A stretch of 50,842 nt of DNA from an archaeon (GTDB taxonomy: Archaea; Nanobdellota; Nanobdellia; SCGC-AAA011-G17; VGLX01): assembly GCA_043810595.1 (NCBI GenBank), contig JBDRNX010000037.1:1-50842 (forward strand). The letters run 5' to 3'. Shown in pieces: positions 8,342 to 15,570 of this stretch. A program made the translations under genes and the position numbers. A model generated the notes under the pieces. That model ran no database searches. It saw only the letters and a program-made list of their open reading frames with translations, and was not told the origin of the DNA. Within the stretch, counting starts at the first letter, position 1, and every line of letters starts with the position of its first letter.

Positions 8342-8989
8342 ATGAAGAAGTTAGTGTTACTCAAAACGGTACTTATCCTTACCCTCGTGATGGCAACGTC
8401 GGCTTTTGCCATCGGTGGGCTGAACGTCAGTGGTATTGAGCAGGCAGGTCTCTACAACGAGGCCATCGTTAAACAGTTCAGCATTCACGGACTGAATGCG
8501 TCTAGGGTGGGTCAGTATGGGAAGTCCAACCTGGCCTACATCGATCAGATGGACAATTTCCTGGGCGCAAACCTTTCCGGTGTCCTCCAGGCTGGTCGCT
8601 ATAACGCCGCCTTCGTGGACCAGAATGCTTTCTTGGGGGTCAACCTTAACTGCATCCGGCAGTTTGGCAAGGCCAACCTCGCGAAAGTGTTCCAACTTGC
8701 CATCTTCGGACTGAATGCATCCAAGGTTGGGCAGTACGGATGGTACAATCTGGCGTTGGTGAAGCAGATTGCACTCTGCGGAATCAACCTCTCCAGCATC
8801 GATCAGGTGGGCGCGGGTAACTTCGCGAAAACGTTCCAACTTGCCATTAAGGGCCTGAACATTTCCGACGTCGAGCAAGTGGGATGCGGAAACGTTGCCC
8901 TTACGAAGCAGATAGCCCTCCACGGCGTGAACATCAGTTGCATCGGGCAGTACGGGGTTGGGAACTTCGCCCTTGTTTTCCAACACTAA
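8342..8989 (+). CDS. csgA: curlin-repeat (CsgA-like) secreted amyloid subunit, 8 repeats
   Basis: Sec signal ends ...ATSAFA. Then eight units of about 24 aa of form G-h-N-x-S-x-h-x-Q-x-G-x-x-N-x-A-x3-Q, for example QYGKSNLAYIDQ, QAGRYNAAFVDQ, QFGKANLAKVFQ, QVGAGNFAKTFQ. Confidence 0.8.
   Translation: MKKLVLLKTVLILTLVMATSAFAIGGLNVSGIEQAGLYNEAIVKQFSIHGLNASRVGQYGKSNLAYIDQMDNFLGANLSGVLQAGRYNAAFVDQNAFLGVNLNCIRQFGKANLAKVFQLAIFGLNASKVGQYGWYNLALVKQIALCGINLSSIDQVGAGNFAKTFQLAIKGLNISDVEQVGCGNVALTKQIALHGVNISCIGQYGVGNFALVFQH
8411..8986 (+). repeat. 72-bp-period coding repeat array (8 imperfect units)
   Basis: This is the DNA of the eight curlin-type repeats. It also produces the long antisense shadow ORF at 8357-8986. 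Confidence 0.75.
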
Positions 8990-9160
8990 GAGCTGCCTCT
9001 GACCATCATCTTGTTGGATCTATCGCGTTTCATTTCCAGCAAGATGGAACACATCCTCGTCGGGAAAATTCAAACCCTCATAAGGGTCTCTCGTCGGGGG
9101 ATCTCTGAGTTGTAAAATTCAAGCAATGTCCAGCGCGCGTTCCTATATTTTTCGTTAAGA

Positions 9161-9216
9161 GAGGATGGTTAGCTTATTCTTGCTTTCCATCCTCTTGCTT
9201 TCCATCCTTTTTTTTA
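9161..9216 (+). terminator. terminator-like hairpin with a duplicated 3' arm
   Basis: GAGGATGG (9161-9168) can pair with either copy of the tandem 15-mer CTTGCTTTCCATCCT (9179-9193 and 9194-9208). A T8 run follows. Confidence 0.55.
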
Positions 9217-9264
9217 TCTTCAAAACCTTGTAACTTCTAAAAAGTAACAACAAAAAGGAGGTTC

Positions 9265-10389
9265 ATGCTTATGAAGAAATCTTTTTGTTTTGTTGTAGGT
9301 TTTTTGCTCTTTCTCTTTTTTGCTTTTGCAAATGCGTTTGCTTTCACCGCCATCAATCCCAACGCTGACCGTATCTCTGTGGCTCCCGGTGAGACAAAAA
9401 CGGTGAAGGTGAATTTTACGGTGTTCTCTCAGACTCCTCAGACCGTCTCTTTCACCCCCATGCATGTTGCTGTGGACAGTAATGGCATGCTCTTGCATTC
9501 TGAGAATCTTGAGGAGGTTCTTCCTTCAAAGCCAAAAAGGTACTCGGGACTAAGCTTCGTTCAGAAGATTAACCCCGTAAAAACAGACGCACAGGGGAAG
9601 TGGGAAGAGGTTCCTGTAACAATCTCTGTACCAAAGGACGCTGTCCCAGGTGATTACCCTGTTGCTGTAATTACAAAACCTCTCAACCTCGCATCTTTAT
9701 TGATTATTGACGTAACTGGTAAGAACACTCCACCGCAAGGACAAATAAAGAATCCCAAGGTTGAGGTTGTCCAGAATAGAGTGACTGTTACAGCCGAGTA
9801 TGTAAACACATCTTCTCGGACTTCCCTCCCGGTTGTTGGTTGCTCAATAAAGAAAGATGGGCAGAGCTTGGGTGCGATGGAGCTTGAAATTTCCAACGCC
9901 ATGTATGATTTCATCTTGCCTTTGAACAGCAGGAATTTTAGTGGGAGTTTCCAGAGAAAGATGAACGTTGGCAATTACGAGTTTGAGTTCTTCTCCCTCA
10001 TCGATGATAAGATGGTAAAACACAACACCATGAAATTTAACCTAACCAGGGATGTATTCCTGCAGCAGGAAACCCTCTTTTCCATCGATGTGGTCAACCT
10101 GTCTTCCATCCACCTCTCTCTACCTTCTAGCACTTTCTTCGTTGGGGATTTAAATATTAGGAATTTGACCAAACAGAAAATCATCGTGAAATTTATGCCA
10201 ACGGACAGCTGGTTGAGGGTTGAGCATCCAGCGGTGGAGATCGAGCCTGAAAAAACAATCAAGACAAGGTTCAGTATCGAGACCCCTTCATTGTACAAGG
10301 ACACGATGAGATCCAAACTCCTTCTGATTCCTGATGCGGGGTCAGTTTTTGAGGTGAGCGTCAAAGTGAGTCCGTCCAAATTGAAGTAG
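9265..10389 (+). CDS. secreted multi-domain beta-sandwich-like protein
   Basis: SD AAAGGAGG is present. Signal peptide ends ...FANAFA. Segments such as ISVAPGETKTVKVNFTV and VPGDYPVAVI are typical of Ig/PapD-like surface domains. The family is not identified. Confidence 0.55.
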   Translation: MLMKKSFCFVVGFLLFLFFAFANAFAFTAINPNADRISVAPGETKTVKVNFTVFSQTPQTVSFTPMHVAVDSNGMLLHSENLEEVLPSKPKRYSGLSFVQKINPVKTDAQGKWEEVPVTISVPKDAVPGDYPVAVITKPLNLASLLIIDVTGKNTPPQGQIKNPKVEVVQNRVTVTAEYVNTSSRTSLPVVGCSIKKDGQSLGAMELEISNAMYDFILPLNSRNFSGSFQRKMNVGNYEFEFFSLIDDKMVKHNTMKFNLTRDVFLQQETLFSIDVVNLSSIHLSLPSSTFFVGDLNIRNLTKQKIIVKFMPTDSWLRVEHPAVEIEPEKTIKTRFSIETPSLYKDTMRSKLLLIPDAGSVFEVSVKVSPSKLK

Positions 10390-10494
10390 TTTCTTCCCGA
10401 TTGGGGGGGGCTGCACATGGTGAAAACGTTTCACCCCCAGAGCATATCACCCCTTGTTTCACCGGCAGCCCTCCTCCTTTTTCTGGAGGTTTTT

Positions 10495-11493
10495 ATGAAA
10501 AAGTATAACTTGTTTATGATGTTTTTTTTAGTTTTTTTCATACTTTTTTTCCCTGGTTCTGCAGGCTGGAAGATAGCTATCATCGCTTTCATTTTCCTGC
10601 TGCCTTACCTAGTAAAACAGCTTTTGAAGAAAGGAGGTGGAAAAAATACGTTGGTTGAAATGTTTTTTTCTTTGTTTATTTTTTTGTTTGTTGTTTCTTG
10701 TGCGACAACGCAGCAACAGGTGGTTATGCCAACACCTACAGAAGGTACAACTAAGGTGAGATTTACTAAGATCGGTGTTGACGAAAAGCAGGCTCCTCCC
10801 CTTTCTTTTTTTCTCGTTCCCGAAACTTTAAATGTTGAGGTTCCTTACGAGAAGGATACACCTCTTTTTGTCAACTTTGTGAATTGCAAGGAAGAAGTTC
10901 TTATGGTTTCCGTAAATCCGCAAACAATTCCTGAATGGATTCGTATACACCCTGCTTTTCTGGTTAGGGCTTTGGAGATCAAGAGGGTTGATTTTACTCT
11001 TATGCCTTACAAGTCAAAAGATGTTCCCCAGGAGTTCTCGATAACCTTCAAGGCCAAAGAGTCAGTTAGGAATCTTAAGTTGACTGTCAAGGTTTCTAAA
11101 TCCGAAAAAGTAGATTCTTTGGGAAAGCAGGAAGTTCAGCCAGTTCCTCCGAAAGAGGTTGAGAAAAAACCCATCGAAGTTCCTAAGGTTAAGGATGTGG
11201 TCAGGCGCGTGTTATTTTCTGTTCACGTGGCCTCTTTCAAGAATAGGGAAGAGGCTTTGGATTTTGTGGACAGCATGCCTAACCTGGAGCCGAAGACTAG
11301 TGTGATCCTTTATGACCTCGGTAGTAAGGGTTTGTGGTATCGGGTCTTTGTGGGGCTTTACAACACCCATGAGACTGCATTGGGGGTTGCGAGACATTTT
11401 AAGGAATTCTTCGGCTGGGGCTATGCGCTACCCATACAGGTTTATGAGGATTCCTTCCTTAGGGGGAAGGTTAAGAAGCGGAAGCGTGAATGA
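10495..11493 (+). CDS. membrane/lipobox protein with a C-terminal SPOR domain
   Basis: ATG at 10495 after CTGGAGG. TM helices, then FVVSC-ATTQQQ. The C-terminus FSVHVASFKNREEALDFV...GLWYRVFVGLYNTHETALGVARHF fits the SPOR peptidoglycan-binding repeat. Confidence 0.65.
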   Translation: MKKYNLFMMFFLVFFILFFPGSAGWKIAIIAFIFLLPYLVKQLLKKGGGKNTLVEMFFSLFIFLFVVSCATTQQQVVMPTPTEGTTKVRFTKIGVDEKQAPPLSFFLVPETLNVEVPYEKDTPLFVNFVNCKEEVLMVSVNPQTIPEWIRIHPAFLVRALEIKRVDFTLMPYKSKDVPQEFSITFKAKESVRNLKLTVKVSKSEKVDSLGKQEVQPVPPKEVEKKPIEVPKVKDVVRRVLFSVHVASFKNREEALDFVDSMPNLEPKTSVILYDLGSKGLWYRVFVGLYNTHETALGVARHFKEFFGWGYALPIQVYEDSFLRGKVKKRKRE

Positions 11494-11610
11494 GGAGGCT
11501 GTTATGGCTGTTGTTTTTCTCTTTACAGTAGCTGTGGGTAAGTATTTCAAATGGAATCAGAGGTATTACCCTTCATTTAAGAAGAATGATGAGGAGGCTG
11601 ATAAGAATTA

Positions 11611-11781
11611 GAGGGGCCTTCGGTCAGATAACGCGTCGCGCACCCACGCGTATCCTCGTTACTTTCACCTCCACCGGGGGCCCCTCTTTTTGCTTCAGGG
11701 GGATGCTGCAGAGCGAACCTCCTTTCTGGGGATTTACGGGAACCCTCAGTTTGAGAAGTGGCATCCCACCCCTGTTTTTTT
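11611..11781 (+). other. two consecutive large GC-rich hairpin modules, each ending in a T-run (sRNA or compound terminator)
   Basis: GAGGGGCC (11611-18) pairs with GGCCCCTC (11679-86), followed by T5, with an inner ACGCGT...ACGCGT stem. GGGGGATGC (about 11698) pairs imperfectly with GCATCCCACCCC (11761-72), followed by T7. Confidence 0.35.
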
Positions 11782-11886
11782 CTCAAAATTTTTTTTACAG
11801 TATTAGCCACTGCAAAATATACTTTGTAGGAAATATATTTCAGAATTATTATTTTGAATTTATAACTGAAAGGGAAGGTGATAGCG

Positions 11887-12009
11887 ATGGTTGTTTTCAT
11901 ATGCCTGAATTGTGCTTTAGTTCATCGTATAGGCTCACTGAGTGATGTGGTCACTTGTGGTTGTGGCATGATTCTTTCTATCGATACTGCTAACTTGGAC
12001 TATGATTAG
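11887..12009 (+). CDS. possible 40-aa zinc-ribbon-like peptide
   Basis: Hand-translated as MVVFICLNCALVHRIGSLSDVVTCGCGMILSIDTANLDYD, with CxxC...CxC. Weak SD GGGAAGGTGA. Confidence 0.3.
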   Translation: MVVFICLNCALVHRIGSLSDVVTCGCGMILSIDTANLDYD

Positions 12010-12031
12010 GCAGAGAAAGGAGGTGTAAAAG

Positions 12032-12673
12032 ATGAATAAGATGTTTTTTATTTTCCTAATTCTTTTTTCAACCCTCTCTGTTTACTCTGTTTGGGGTCAA
12101 GAAAGGTTCGAAGCGCCTATATGGAATGTAGGTGATGAATGGCAATATACCTTTAGTGAGTTTGGGAGGAGGGTTTTTGTAACGCATAAAGTTGTTAAGA
12201 TTACCGAAAACTTCTATTTTGTTGCGATGGGGGGGTTCAAAGGCTTACACGTCTATGATAAAAAGACTTTGAACATACGTTTTTATATAGATGAGGGTAA
12301 CAGAAAGCATGAGTTCAAGGATTCTTTGAGAAAACTTTTTGATTTTCCTATGTTTGTGGGAAAGAGTTGGAATGATGAATTCATTAAAAGGAATGAGTAT
12401 GCTGAGTTGAACATCACAATCTCTAACCACTTTAATGTCGAGGAGTTTGAAAAGAGAAACCAGTCTTTAGGCCTGTTCGACGTTTTGAGGGTTTATTGTA
12501 AGGAAACAGCCACAATAGATGATGATAAAGATAAAACCGTTACAAGGTGGCTGCGTTACTGGTATTCCCCTAAGGTAAAGAACCTCGTTAGGCAAGAAAT
12601 TGGAGAAAAATCCAATTTCGTATCTTCAAGTTCAAGGGAGATTGTTCTTCATCAGCATACCTTGAAAGAGTAA
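12032..12673 (+). CDS. secreted hypothetical protein
   Basis: SD AAAGGAGG is present. Signal peptide MFFIFLILFSTLSVYSVWG. Confidence 0.55.
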   Translation: MNKMFFIFLILFSTLSVYSVWGQERFEAPIWNVGDEWQYTFSEFGRRVFVTHKVVKITENFYFVAMGGFKGLHVYDKKTLNIRFYIDEGNRKHEFKDSLRKLFDFPMFVGKSWNDEFIKRNEYAELNITISNHFNVEEFEKRNQSLGLFDVLRVYCKETATIDDDKDKTVTRWLRYWYSPKVKNLVRQEIGEKSNFVSSSSREIVLHQHTLKE

Positions 12674-12744
12674 TGTGTGTTATGCTGCGCTAAAATATCT
12701 TTAAATAAGAAGCTTAAGTTTTGAAAAAAGGATAAGGAGGTGGT

Positions 12745-13044
12745 TTGATGAATAACGGAGAATTTATGATGAGATGGTTTATCAGCGTTTTTGGCATCAT
12801 AGCAAGTTTGTTTATGATGCTAGTAAATTCTGCTTTGATAGTGTATGTTGTCTGGCAAGCTGTTCATCTTAAGAGTTCAGACATCAGTCCGCTCGTGAGT
12901 TGGGTTACCTCCTCAGCGATTTCCATCCTCATAGCATATATGGTCTACAGTGCAAGTGTCAAGTTTTACACTTTTCTGAAGCGTCTTCCTCTTATTCGTC
13001 AGCATCTGAATAACGGCGGGACATTGGCTGATTTGAGTGAGTAG
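12745..13044 (+). CDS. membrane protein (3 TM)
   Basis: SD AAGGAGGTGG is present. The start is TTG 12745 or ATG 12748. Three hydrophobic helices. Confidence 0.5.
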   Translation: MMNNGEFMMRWFISVFGIIASLFMMLVNSALIVYVVWQAVHLKSSDISPLVSWVTSSAISILIAYMVYSASVKFYTFLKRLPLIRQHLNNGGTLADLSE

Positions 13045-13052
13045 CCAAGTAA

Positions 13053-13601
13053 ATGAGGGTGTTCGATAATGAGAGGCTCCTGACCCTTGAGATTCAAAGG
13101 CGAGCCATACGCCTTTCCTCCTTGAACGGTTGGGGGCCTCTCTCAGTTTCAAATCTTTGTAGAAGGGTGGTGATATCCTTGTTGGTAGACAACGCTTTTT
13201 CTAAGCATAAAACCAGCGTCAAATGTGTTGAGGACAAACTCGAGGACCTTGCAGGTTTTGTTAGGAAAGTAAGAAGGCAAACTCTAAACAACGGCGGTGT
13301 AGGTCTACCTGAATTGAAGAACCTCGAGGAGAAGGTGCATAGTATCAAAAAATCCGTCCAGTTCCTTAAGGATACAGATATTTTTAGGGTTGCGATAACA
13401 ACCAAACTTACATCCGATGAAATTCTTAAAGAGGCGAAGGATCATAACGTATTGATAGTCTCACTTTTGAAGATCGGTTTTGTTAACAGGAAAGTGCAGT
13501 TTGTTGCTGACGGGTCATTTCAGAACCTAAAGGATTTTCTTGCTCGTATGAAAGATGTTGAGCGGGCTGAGGAGTTGAACCATATTGATGCTTCGAGATA
13601 A
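13053..13601 (+). CDS. hypothetical cytoplasmic protein
   Basis: 182-aa ORF on the same strand. It shares an R-Q-x-LNNGG-x-L motif with the tail of the preceding protein. Confidence 0.45.
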   Translation: MRVFDNERLLTLEIQRRAIRLSSLNGWGPLSVSNLCRRVVISLLVDNAFSKHKTSVKCVEDKLEDLAGFVRKVRRQTLNNGGVGLPELKNLEEKVHSIKKSVQFLKDTDIFRVAITTKLTSDEILKEAKDHNVLIVSLLKIGFVNRKVQFVADGSFQNLKDFLARMKDVERAEELNHIDASR

Positions 13602-13651
13602 TACTAAGATTTTTTTAACAAAAAGTTCTATAATCAAGGAGGTAAAAACGT

Positions 13652-13813
13652 ATGTCTATGCCGTTAATAATCGCTGGTGTGGTCGGCTTTCTCCTTATCT
13701 GCCTCTCTGTTTTTCTGAGCGGAAACTATACGATGGGAATACTGTTAGGGCTTTTCGTACTGATAATAATCCTGGTATTCCGGGGGAAATCTGGGTCCAA
13801 ATTGTGGAAGTAG
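13652..13813 (+). CDS. small 2-TM membrane protein (53 aa, not in the track)
   Basis: ATG lies 8 nt after CAAGGAGG. Reads MSMPLIIAGVVGFLLICLSVFLSGNYTMGILLGLFVLIIILVFRGKSGSKLWK. It displaces the overlapping track ORF at 13585-13848. Confidence 0.45.
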   Translation: MSMPLIIAGVVGFLLICLSVFLSGNYTMGILLGLFVLIIILVFRGKSGSKLWK

Positions 13814-13862
13814 GCAACTCTCCTTATTTTGATAACATTATGCCTTAGGTGATAAGTTTAGC

Positions 13863-14249
13863 GCGCTGGAGTTTTTGAAGGAGGTGGTTTGCATGGTGAA
13901 ATTGTTAGTGCCATTTCTCATTTTTAGCTTGTCATTTGCTCCATTGGGGTTCGTCCAGGACAAAGCTAAAGGTGAGGTCAAGGTTCCAGAATCGAAAAAA
14001 AGTAGTTCGCTTGAATCTCTGAACGTAAAGCCTCAAGAGGTTGAAAAGGGGTGGGGGGATTATTCCAGCCGGCCGGAGATTTGGTCTGTGGGTTTGGATC
14101 TTTTGGAACAAATCTACATCCTCAATGTAACGCTGACCCCTTCGCCGCCACCCTACCGCCCTTCTGGCGGTATCAGTTGTGTCCAGCAAGTTGGTGGGCG
14201 GAACGTCGCTACCATCAACCAAAACTAAAACTATTGAAAACTCCAGCGC
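13863..14249. repeat. 13-nt perfect inverted-repeat pair bracketing ORF 13893-14228
   Basis: GCGCTGGAGTTTT (13863-13875) and AAAACTCCAGCGC (14237-14249). The left arm, with its 2 upstream nt (13861-13869), shares GCGCGCTGG with the arm at 8301-8309. Confidence 0.75.
13893..14228 (+). CDS. small secreted protein ending in a single curlin-type repeat
   Basis: ATG after GAAGGAGG. Signal peptide LLVPFLIFSLSFAPLGFV. The C-terminus QQVGGRNVATINQ matches Q-x-G-x-x-N-x-A-x3-Q exactly. Confidence 0.5.
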   Translation: MVKLLVPFLIFSLSFAPLGFVQDKAKGEVKVPESKKSSSLESLNVKPQEVEKGWGDYSSRPEIWSVGLDLLEQIYILNVTLTPSPPPYRPSGGISCVQQVGGRNVATINQN

Positions 14250-14305
14250 CAACTTTTTTAAATTTAATTCAAAGGCTCACAAAAGAGGAGAAAGGAGAAG
14301 GAAAA

Positions 14306-14539
14306 ATGAAGAAGATTATTTGTGCAGGTTTAATAATGGCAATGTCTATATTCGTGTTTTTAGGGGGTGTCTACCGACTGAAGCAAATGATGTTAGAGGT
14401 CAAGGCATTACCTACTGGGGAACAGGGCGTGGGGGCTATTGTGCTTATATTTATAGGAACTCTAATATGTGGAGTGTGTCTTACAACCTTTTTTTTGGGT
14501 CTGTGTAAATTAAGGGGGGATAATCAATTAATTAGGTAA
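14306..14539 (+). CDS. small 2-TM membrane protein
   Basis: In-frame ATG after GAAAGGAGAAGG. Reads MKKIICAGLIMAMSIFVFLGG... The longer track ORF from 14051 overlaps the previous gene. Confidence 0.5.
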   Translation: MKKIICAGLIMAMSIFVFLGGVYRLKQMMLEVKALPTGEQGVGAIVLIFIGTLICGVCLTTFFLGLCKLRGDNQLIR

Positions 14540-14610
14540 AAAGGCCCACACTCTTTAACTTGATTCTGAAATAACAACTAAACTTTTATTGCAGAAAGGA
14601 GAATAAAAAA

Positions 14611-15150
14611 ATGTACAAGAATACTTTTTTGCTGTTTCTGATTGTCGTTTCTGTGTTGGGTTGTGCCACCCAAATGAGTTCAACCTATCCCACTCCCCCC
14701 TCTGCAACTCCGAAGGAGATTGTTTGTCAGTATGCTAAGTCAGCAAGTGCAACTTCAGAGAACGCTGCCGGTTCTTTAGCAATTTATGCTACCGGCGCAC
14801 CAGATGCTCCAAAAGGAGGGGATTGTGATGCTTGGAGTGGTTACGGTTACAGCTGGACTTCTTCAGGATGGGATTTCAAAGCAAAACTAACCCTGACTTA
14901 CGAGAAGCCTGTTTATGTTGGCAGCGTTACTGTAGCCGGCGATTATGATATGTGCTGGGGTGGTGCGTGGCTTAGGAACAGTAAGACTGGCGAGGAAAAA
15001 AGTATTCTCAGCCCGGTGAATAAAGATTGTACATTGAATATAAAGCTGGAGGGAGACTTCCTCGCAGACCAGGTTATTCTTGAGAGTTGCGGTTGGTCTT
15101 GGTCAGCCACCGATGCCGTTGAGATGTGTGGTGCTCCTGCCGGTAAGTAA
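14611..15150 (+). CDS. lipoprotein, possibly with a discoidin (F5/8 type C)-like domain
   Basis: SD AAAGGAG is present. Lipobox VLGC-ATQ. The layout AKSASATSEN...A..ATGAP and the C-terminal ATDAVEMCG resemble galactose-binding-like domains. Weak call. Confidence 0.5.
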   Translation: MYKNTFLLFLIVVSVLGCATQMSSTYPTPPSATPKEIVCQYAKSASATSENAAGSLAIYATGAPDAPKGGDCDAWSGYGYSWTSSGWDFKAKLTLTYEKPVYVGSVTVAGDYDMCWGGAWLRNSKTGEEKSILSPVNKDCTLNIKLEGDFLADQVILESCGWSWSATDAVEMCGAPAGK

Positions 15151-15166
15151 AGAAAGGGGGTGTTGG

Positions 15167-15538
15167 ATGAAGGTAAGGAATATTTTTTATTTGACCATTT
15201 ATGGTGTCTTGTGTATGTTCTTGGGTGCTTTTATTATAGGGGTTCTTGATTTTTATTTCAAGAGAAATATGGTTCAAGTCCGTCTAAACACAAAGCATTA
15301 CGAAGCGGATATTCTCTTCAAGAACCCCCTCATCCTGGTTATCAACAGGATCGATGAAGTGGAGAGAAGGGTTCAGGGCGGCATGGAAGACATGCTCATA
15401 GACCTGATGGCCCCCTCACCTTTCCAGAAGGTTTTTAGCAAGATAAACAAGGAAAAGCTCGACGAGAAGAAGAAACTTGTTGAGGCTTTCAAGGATTTTT
15501 TGCAAGAGAAAAAGGTTGAAGGAGAAACTGAACTTTGA
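15167..15538 (+). CDS. N-terminally anchored membrane protein
   Basis: ATG after AAAGGGGG. TM helix IFYLTIYGVLCMFLGAFIIGVL. Confidence 0.5.
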   Translation: MKVRNIFYLTIYGVLCMFLGAFIIGVLDFYFKRNMVQVRLNTKHYEADILFKNPLILVINRIDEVERRVQGGMEDMLIDLMAPSPFQKVFSKINKEKLDEKKKLVEAFKDFLQEKKVEGETEL

Positions 15539-15570
15539 AGTTGCATAATCCATCTAGGGAGGTTGTCGTG

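Larger units (their letters stand above)
8294..9143. repeat. inverted-repeat pair bracketing the curlin gene
   Basis: Left arm GGAACACGCGCGCTGG (8294-8309), right arm CCAGCGCGCGTTCC (9130-9143). An 11-nt perfect core ACGCGCGCTGG / CCAGCGCGCGT is extended by GGAAC/GTTCC across a 2-nt bulge. Confidence 0.7.

Noticed and set aside
8357-8986. 209-aa ORF antisense to the curlin-repeat gene (also the 8496-8714, 8599-8799 and 8884-9108 ORFs).
   Set aside because: These are shadow ORFs created by the periodic, stop-poor repeat DNA. They have no SD or signal peptide, and the sense strand has a clear SD, signal peptide and curlin periodicity.
11577-11945. 107-aa (-) and 119-aa (+) ORFs in the spacer after the SPOR gene.
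   Set aside because: They overlap each other in a GC-rich hairpin-forming segment, lack SDs, and have odd composition. The segment is better explained as structured RNA or a terminator.
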